A stretch of 64,000 nt of DNA, from contig CAVQXT010000007.1 of the NCBI GenBank assembly GCA_963717945.1, forward strand, positions 1,174,270-1,238,269, read 5' to 3'. This document shows, one piece after another, positions 59,230-64,000 of the stretch (its first letter is position 1; each line of letters starts with the position of its first letter). The stretch is from an uncultured Acidobacteriota bacterium (GTDB lineage Bacteria > Acidobacteriota > Vicinamibacteria > Vicinamibacterales > Fen-181). Made by a program: the position numbers and the translations under genes. The notes under the pieces are model-generated. The model saw nothing but the letters and a program-made list of their open reading frames with translations, was not told where the DNA came from and ran no database searches.

Positions 59230-59765
59230 CACGCGGCATGCGCAACGGGCTGATTCTCGCCGCGATCCAGCTCGCCATCGTTGCCAGCCTGGGAGTCAAG
59301 CTGCTGGCCGACCGCGCGAACTGCCCGCGGGTCTGGGTGCGCACGGCGCCGGTCGATCCGAACCTGCCGATCCGAGGCCGTTACCTGAGCCTTCGCCTCG
59401 TGGTTGACCACTACGAGCGGATGCCGTCGCCGACCGTGCTTCGCGGGATGGCTCCCGGCCAGGTGACGACGATCTGGGGCGAGCCGAAGATGGTGCGATT
59501 CGAGGTGCGCGACGGGCGACTGACGGCGACCGGGTCGGACGTGGATACGGGCGTCCTCGGCCATGTCATCAGGCGTGGCGACCGGGAGTCCCTCGAACTC
59601 GACCCGGTGGCGTTCTTCATCTCCGAGTCGGTGCGCGACCCATCCATTCGTCGGGCCGGCGAGGAACTCTGGGCGGAAGTGACGATCCCGCGCCGCGGTC
59701 CGCCGCGGCCGATCAGGCTCGGCGTGAAGAAGAATGGCACGCTGACGCCGCTCTCGCTGCCATGA
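59226..59765 (+). CDS. GDYXXLXY-domain family protein (degenerate motif RGRYLSLRL)
   Basis: ATGA overlap with the DUF2157-like gene. N-terminal TM helix, PVDPNLPIRGRYLSLRL. This is the usual partner gene of DUF2157. Confidence 0.65.
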   Translation: MTRGMRNGLILAAIQLAIVASLGVKLLADRANCPRVWVRTAPVDPNLPIRGRYLSLRLVVDHYERMPSPTVLRGMAPGQVTTIWGEPKMVRFEVRDGRLTATGSDVDTGVLGHVIRRGDRESLELDPVAFFISESVRDPSIRRAGEELWAEVTIPRRGPPRPIRLGVKKNGTLTPLSLP

Positions 59766-59784
59766 CCTGCGAGCCCGCCGCGAC

Positions 59785-61125
59785 CTAATCCCGGGACGTC
59801 GCCGCGGCGGGTGTCGCGTCCCTCCGCCGCTTCCAGTAAAAGTAGACCGGCACGCCGAGGGCGAGGAAGGCGAGTCCCGCCCACGCCTGCGCGGGGCGCT
59901 GGACGAGCGTCACCGCGACGAACCAGGCGGACATGGCGACGAAGAACAGCGGTGTCCACGGATAGAGCGGCACGCGCGAGACGCGCTCGGCGTCCGGCAG
60001 ACGTCGCCTGAAGACGAACACGCTCGCGGCGGCGAGGCCGAAGAAGATCCAGTCGGTGAAGACCACGTAGGAGATCAGGTTCTCGAACGTGCCCCAGAAG
60101 AGGATCAGGAGCGCGGCCCAGAGCGACTGCGCGAGGATCGCGAAAGCGGGCGTCCTGAACCGCGGGTGAACCTCGGCGACGCGCCTGAAGAAGAGCCCCT
60201 CGGTGGCCATGGCGAAGTAGATCCGCGGCGCGGTCAGCGTGTAGATTCCCACCACGCCGAACGTCGAGATGAAGATCGCGAGCGAAATGGCCGAGCCGCC
60301 CGCCGTCCCGAACACGCGGGACACGGCGTCGGCCGCGACGCGCGGGGAGGCCGCGATTTCCTGCGGCGTCAGCAGGAACATGTAGGCGACGTTCACCAGC
60401 AGGTAGATGACGGTGACGACTGCCGTGCCGGCGATCATCGCGAGCGGAAGTGTGCGGCGCGGATCGCGGACCTCCGCCGAGGCATACGTGGCGTGCTGCC
60501 AGCCGCCGGTGGACCACAGGACGCCGACCATGGCGGCGGCCAGCCCGGCGCCGAGGCCGCCCGGAATCGCCGGCGCCGCGAATGCGAAGCTCGTCGTGTG
60601 GGCCGAGCCGAAGGCGAGGCCGACCGCGACCAGGGCCGCGATGCCGGCGATCTTGAGGACGGTGAAGACGTCCGAGAAGATCGCGCCCGCCCGCACGCCC
60701 ACCACGTTGATGGTGGTCAGTAGCAGGAGGCCGGCGATGGCGACGATCTTCGTGCCCGACGGGCCGAGCGGCACGAAGTAGCCGAAGTAGGTGGCGAAGG
60801 CGACGCTCAGCGCGCCCAGGCCGCCGGCGTTGACGACGAGGAAGTACGCCCAGCCGAACAGGAACCCGACCAGGCCGCCGTACGCCTCGGTCAGGTACAC
60901 GTACTCGCCGCCGGCTTTCGGCATCAGCGCCGCCAGCTCCGCGAACGTCAGCGCCCCAGACATCGCCATGAGGCCGCCCACGGCCCACACCGCCAGGATC
61001 AGCCACGGGGAGGGCAACGCGTGGGCGATCAGCGACGGCGTCAGGAAGATGCCCGAGCCGATCGTGCCCCCGATGGCGATCATCGTCATGTCGAAGAGCG
61101 TCAGGCTGCGGCGCAGTTCGGCCAT
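59785..61125 (-). CDS. APC family amino acid permease
   Basis: MAELRRSLTLFDMTMIAIGGTIGSGIF..., FAELAALMPKAGGEYVY; 12 TM helices. The upstream 320 aa of track ORF 59785..62094 are out-of-frame overlap with the EamA gene. Confidence 0.9.
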   Translation of the reverse strand: MAELRRSLTLFDMTMIAIGGTIGSGIFLTPSLIAHALPSPWLILAVWAVGGLMAMSGALTFAELAALMPKAGGEYVYLTEAYGGLVGFLFGWAYFLVVNAGGLGALSVAFATYFGYFVPLGPSGTKIVAIAGLLLLTTINVVGVRAGAIFSDVFTVLKIAGIAALVAVGLAFGSAHTTSFAFAAPAIPGGLGAGLAAAMVGVLWSTGGWQHATYASAEVRDPRRTLPLAMIAGTAVVTVIYLLVNVAYMFLLTPQEIAASPRVAADAVSRVFGTAGGSAISLAIFISTFGVVGIYTLTAPRIYFAMATEGLFFRRVAEVHPRFRTPAFAILAQSLWAALLILFWGTFENLISYVVFTDWIFFGLAAASVFVFRRRLPDAERVSRVPLYPWTPLFFVAMSAWFVAVTLVQRPAQAWAGLAFLALGVPVYFYWKRRRDATPAAATSRD

Positions 61126-61130
61126 CGTCC

Positions 61131-62063
61131 TCACCCCGCTTCGGCGACCGGCGGCTCGGCGTCGGCCGCATGTTCTGAACGTGTGACCAGTGCCACGGCG
61201 GGGACGATGATCACCGCGCCGGCGACGATGTAGCGATCGAGCGATTCGCCGAGAAACGCCCAGCCGAGCAGGACCGCCACGACCGGGTTGACGTACGCGT
61301 AGGTCGCGACCTTCGACGTCGGCACGTGCCGCAGCAGCCAGATGTAGGCCGAGTAGCCGACCCAGGATCCGAAGACCACCAGGTAGGCGATGGCGCCCAC
61401 GCTGGTGAGGTTCCAGACGGCCCGGTGGTGTTCGCCCAGGGCGGTGGCCGCGCCGACGTTGATCACGCCCGCGCAGAGCATCTGCCAGCCGCTGGCGACC
61501 AGCGGATCGACTGCGATCTTCCACCGACGCGAGAGCACCGACCCGAACGCCCAGCAGAGCGACGAGCCGAGCAAGGCGAGGCAGGCGGCGAGCTCGGCCC
61601 ACCCCAGCGACGGCCCGGAGGCGACCTTCGGCCAGAACAGCACGGCGACGCCCAGGCCGCCGAGGGCGATGCCGGCCACCCCGGACGCCGGGACCCTGTC
61701 GCCGGTCGGCAGCACGAAGCGCTCCACCACCAGGAACCAGATAGGGACGATCGCGACCAGTAGCGCGGACAGTCCCGAGGGAAGGAACAGCTCGGCCCAG
61801 GCCAGGACGGAGTTCGAGATGCTCAGCAGCAGCACGCCGATGACGGCGAGCTGGAACAACTGGCGTCGGGTGACGCGGACGCGCCGGCCCGTCACGGCGC
61901 AGAAGGCGAGCATCAGCGAGCCTGCGACCGAGAACCTCGTGCCGGCGAGCAGGATCGGCGGCACTCGTTCGACCGCGACGCGGATGCCGAGATACGTCGA
62001 GCCCCAGAACACGTAGAGCAGGGCGAACGCGAGGATGGTGGTCGAGCGGCGACTGATGGGCAA
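61131..62063 (-). CDS. EamA/DMT family transporter
   Basis: 10 TM helices, LLYVFWGSTYLGIRVAV..., two EamA repeats. Confidence 0.9.
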   Translation of the reverse strand: MPISRRSTTILAFALLYVFWGSTYLGIRVAVERVPPILLAGTRFSVAGSLMLAFCAVTGRRVRVTRRQLFQLAVIGVLLLSISNSVLAWAELFLPSGLSALLVAIVPIWFLVVERFVLPTGDRVPASGVAGIALGGLGVAVLFWPKVASGPSLGWAELAACLALLGSSLCWAFGSVLSRRWKIAVDPLVASGWQMLCAGVINVGAATALGEHHRAVWNLTSVGAIAYLVVFGSWVGYSAYIWLLRHVPTSKVATYAYVNPVVAVLLGWAFLGESLDRYIVAGAVIIVPAVALVTRSEHAADAEPPVAEAG

Positions 62064-62091
62064 CCTCCGCGTCAGTGTATACGAAGTCCGG

Positions 62092-62217
62092 CATACGCCT
62101 TACGCCTTACGCCTCACGACGCCACGGGCTCGCGGCCCTAGGCGCAGGGCTGAAGCCCTGCGCTATCTGCTGCTCCTGCGGCGACCCACAGATACCGCAG
62201 GCCTTCAGGCCTGCGCT
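62092..62217. repeat. heptamer array (ATACGCC/TTACGCC) followed by two REP-like palindromes
   Basis: atacgcc|ttacgcc|ttacgcc|tcacgac; GCGCAGGGC-TGAA-GCCCTGCGC (62142-62163); GATACCGCAGGCC-TTCA-GGCCTGCG (62191-62215). Confidence 0.8.
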
Positions 62218-62314
62218 TCTGCCGTCCGCCTACTTGCTCCGACGTCCACGTTTGTGTGAAACTTCGGCGTCGTCTGGCGGTCTGGTCACGCCCCCATCCC
62301 CCGCAAGGAGCTCC

Positions 62315-64000
62315 ATGCTCGCACGCCGCTCGCGTCTGTCGTTCGTCTGCCTGTTGGTCGTCGTCCCGCTGCTCGCCGCGTCCGGCCTCGTCGCACAGGG
62401 CCCCGCGCAGGGAGACCGCTGCCTGGTGCCCGCCGCAATCCGCGACCCGATCCTCAACGAACTGGCCGGCGAGCAGGCGCTCGTGCACGTCCAGCTGCTC
62501 TCGGCCAACCGGGATCGGCAGGCCGAGGAGTACCAGAACCAGTTCTTCGAAACGACCTATATCAGCGAGATGGCCCGACAGTACGGCCTGTCGGACGTGC
62601 GCGTCGATTTCTTCCCGACCCGCGACGTGTGGGACGGGGTGGAAGGCGACCTGTGGCTCGTCCAGCCGACCAGGGAGAAGATCGCGGGCCTGGCGATGGT
62701 GCCCACGGCGCTGGCGCCGGGCAGCAGGAGCGCGGACGTGGAGGCGGAGGTGGTCTTCGTCGGCGCGGGCAAGGAGCCGGACTACGCGGGCAAGGACGTC
62801 AAGGGGAAGATCGTGCTCGGCAGCGCGTCGGTTGGGTCGTTGGCCACCGTCGCGTGGCAGCACGGCGCGGCCGGCCTCCTCGGCACCGGCAGCCCGGGCG
62901 TGGACGACCAGGCGCCCGGCGCCACGCTCGACCAGATCGGCTGGAGCAGCGTCAACGTGCCGGCGGGCCAGAACGGCTTCGGTTTCGCGCTCTCGCTGCG
63001 CCAGTTCCTGCGCCTGCGCGACCTCATCGACCGGGGCCAGAAGGTCGTGATGCGCGCGCACGTCGTCAGCCGGACCTTTCCCGGGAAGATGAACGTGATC
63101 TCGGCCGCCATCCCGGGCACCGACCCGGCGGCGGGCGAACTGGTGATGGTCGCGCACGCCTTCGAGACGATCGCCACACCGGGCGCCAACGACAACTGCA
63201 CCGGTGTCGCCACGATTCTCGAGGTGGGGCGGACGCTCGCGCGGCTCGTCAAGTCCGGCGTGCTGCCGCCGCCGCGGCGCACGATCCGGTTCCTGTGGGG
63301 GCCGGAGATTTCAGGCTCGACCGCCTACATGTTCGCCCACCCGGAGCTGCAGGATCGTCTGCTGGCCGCGTTGAACTTCGACATGACCGGCGCGAACACG
63401 AAGCTGACCGACACGTATCTGCGGATGAAGATGACGCCCGATTCGAGGCCGAGCTACCTGAACGACCTGATGGCGAGCCTGCTGCAGCTGGTGGACCAAT
63501 CCGACATCCGCGCCCAGCAGGGCGTGAACGCGCCGTTCAACTACCGGCTCTCGCCCGTCGCCGCCATCGCGTCCGGCAGCGACCATTCCGTGTTCAACAA
63601 CGGCGGCGTGCCGGCGATGCAGTTCAACTACTGGCCCGACAACTTCTACCACAGCAGCGAGGACCGGGTGAACGACGTGGACCCGACCGAGCTCAAGCGG
63701 GTCGGGTTCATGGCGGCGTCGGCCTTCTACTACCTGGCGACGGCCGGTCCGGACCAGGCGCGGGACCTGGCGTTCGAGTCCACGGCCAACGGGGAACGGT
63801 GGATTGCCGAGGTGGCTCGCCAGTCGGGCTGGCTGCTCGGTCGTGACGCCGCAGCGCTGCCTGAGCGTTACAAGGCCGCGCAGACCAAGGTCAGCGGCGC
63901 CTACGACCGCGCGAGGGGCGCCGTCGAGTCGGTGCAGCGGCTGGCGGCGACACCCGAGGTGGCGGCGACGGTGGCGCGGCTCGTCGGGACGCTGGACGCC
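62315..64000 (+). CDS. M28 family metallopeptidase with PA domain and signal peptide (C-terminus beyond window end)
   Basis: Absent from the ORF track because it is open at the window edge. My translation from ATG 62315 (AAGGAG Shine-Dalgarno) gives MLARRSRLSFVCLLVVVPLLAASG..., VMVAHAFETIATPGANDNCTGVA, LNFDMTG, SGSDHSVF. Confidence 0.85.
   Translation, partial: MLARRSRLSFVCLLVVVPLLAASGLVAQGPAQGDRCLVPAAIRDPILNELAGEQALVHVQLLSANRDRQAEEYQNQFFETTYISEMARQYGLSDVRVDFFPTRDVWDGVEGDLWLVQPTREKIAGLAMVPTALAPGSRSADVEAEVVFVGAGKEPDYAGKDVKGKIVLGSASVGSLATVAWQHGAAGLLGTGSPGVDDQAPGATLDQIGWSSVNVPAGQNGFGFALSLRQFLRLRDLIDRGQKVVMRAHVVSRTFPGKMNVISAAIPGTDPAAGELVMVAHAFETIATPGANDNCTGVATILEVGRTLARLVKSGVLPPPRRTIRFLWGPEISGSTAYMFAHPELQDRLLAALNFDMTGANTKLTDTYLRMKMTPDSRPSYLNDLMASLLQLVDQSDIRAQQGVNAPFNYRLSPVAAIASGSDHSVFNNGGVPAMQFNYWPDNFYHSSEDRVNDVDPTELKRVGFMAASAFYYLATAGPDQARDLAFESTANGERWIAEVARQSGWLLGRDAAALPERYKAAQTKVSGAYDRARGAVESVQRLAATPEVAATVARLVGTLDA

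Noticed and set aside
59785-62094. 769-aa ORF
   Set aside because: Only the C-terminal 447 aa (from MAELRRS, 61125) are APC permease. The upstream part is an out-of-frame overlap of the EamA transporter gene (61131..62063).

Overview
High-GC (roughly 68-70% by eye) bacterial chromosomal window, densely coding on both strands, about 60 protein genes. The gene content (Ser/Thr kinases with TolB-like, TPR or Zn-ribbon modules, a kinase-linked ECF sigma factor, an AmmeMemoRadiSam system, a fused MFS/spermidine synthase) suggests an Acidobacteriota-like soil bacterium, but that is inference only. Main blocks: (1) a phosphate/polyphosphate cluster pstS-porin-ppx-CHAD-sixA-phoH2 (1-6585). (2) An AmmeMemoRadiSam system whose components all carry export signals (8837-11604). 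(3) An opine/proline-dehydrogenase-like Fe-S flavoprotein operon (13871-18552). (4) A PolX gene next to a degenerate tRNA-like sequence. (5) A vapBC pair plus a nucleotidyltransferase pair. (6) The imuA-imuB-dnaE2 mutagenesis cassette (38651-45153). (7) msrPQ. (8) A kinase / ECF sigma / pseudokinase / DinB / DUF2157 / GDYXXLXY cluster (53290-59765). (9) Assorted transporters and hydrolases. No CRISPR array, rRNA, transposase or integrase was seen. Three things are not explained by ordinary gene annotation. First, there is a pervasive family of heptanucleotide (period-7) tandem arrays and 24-30 nt REP-like palindromes. They fill intergenic gaps, supply stop codons and C-termini of genes, and are inserted in frame three times inside dnaE2. 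Second, five genes are broken by single extra nucleotides, and in three of them a G sits directly 5' of a TAC codon (GGTAC). Third, a 105-bp direct duplication of the 3' end of an MFS gene brackets a kinase gene. Many very long ORFs in the six-frame track are antisense or out-of-frame shadows typical of high-GC DNA and were not called.
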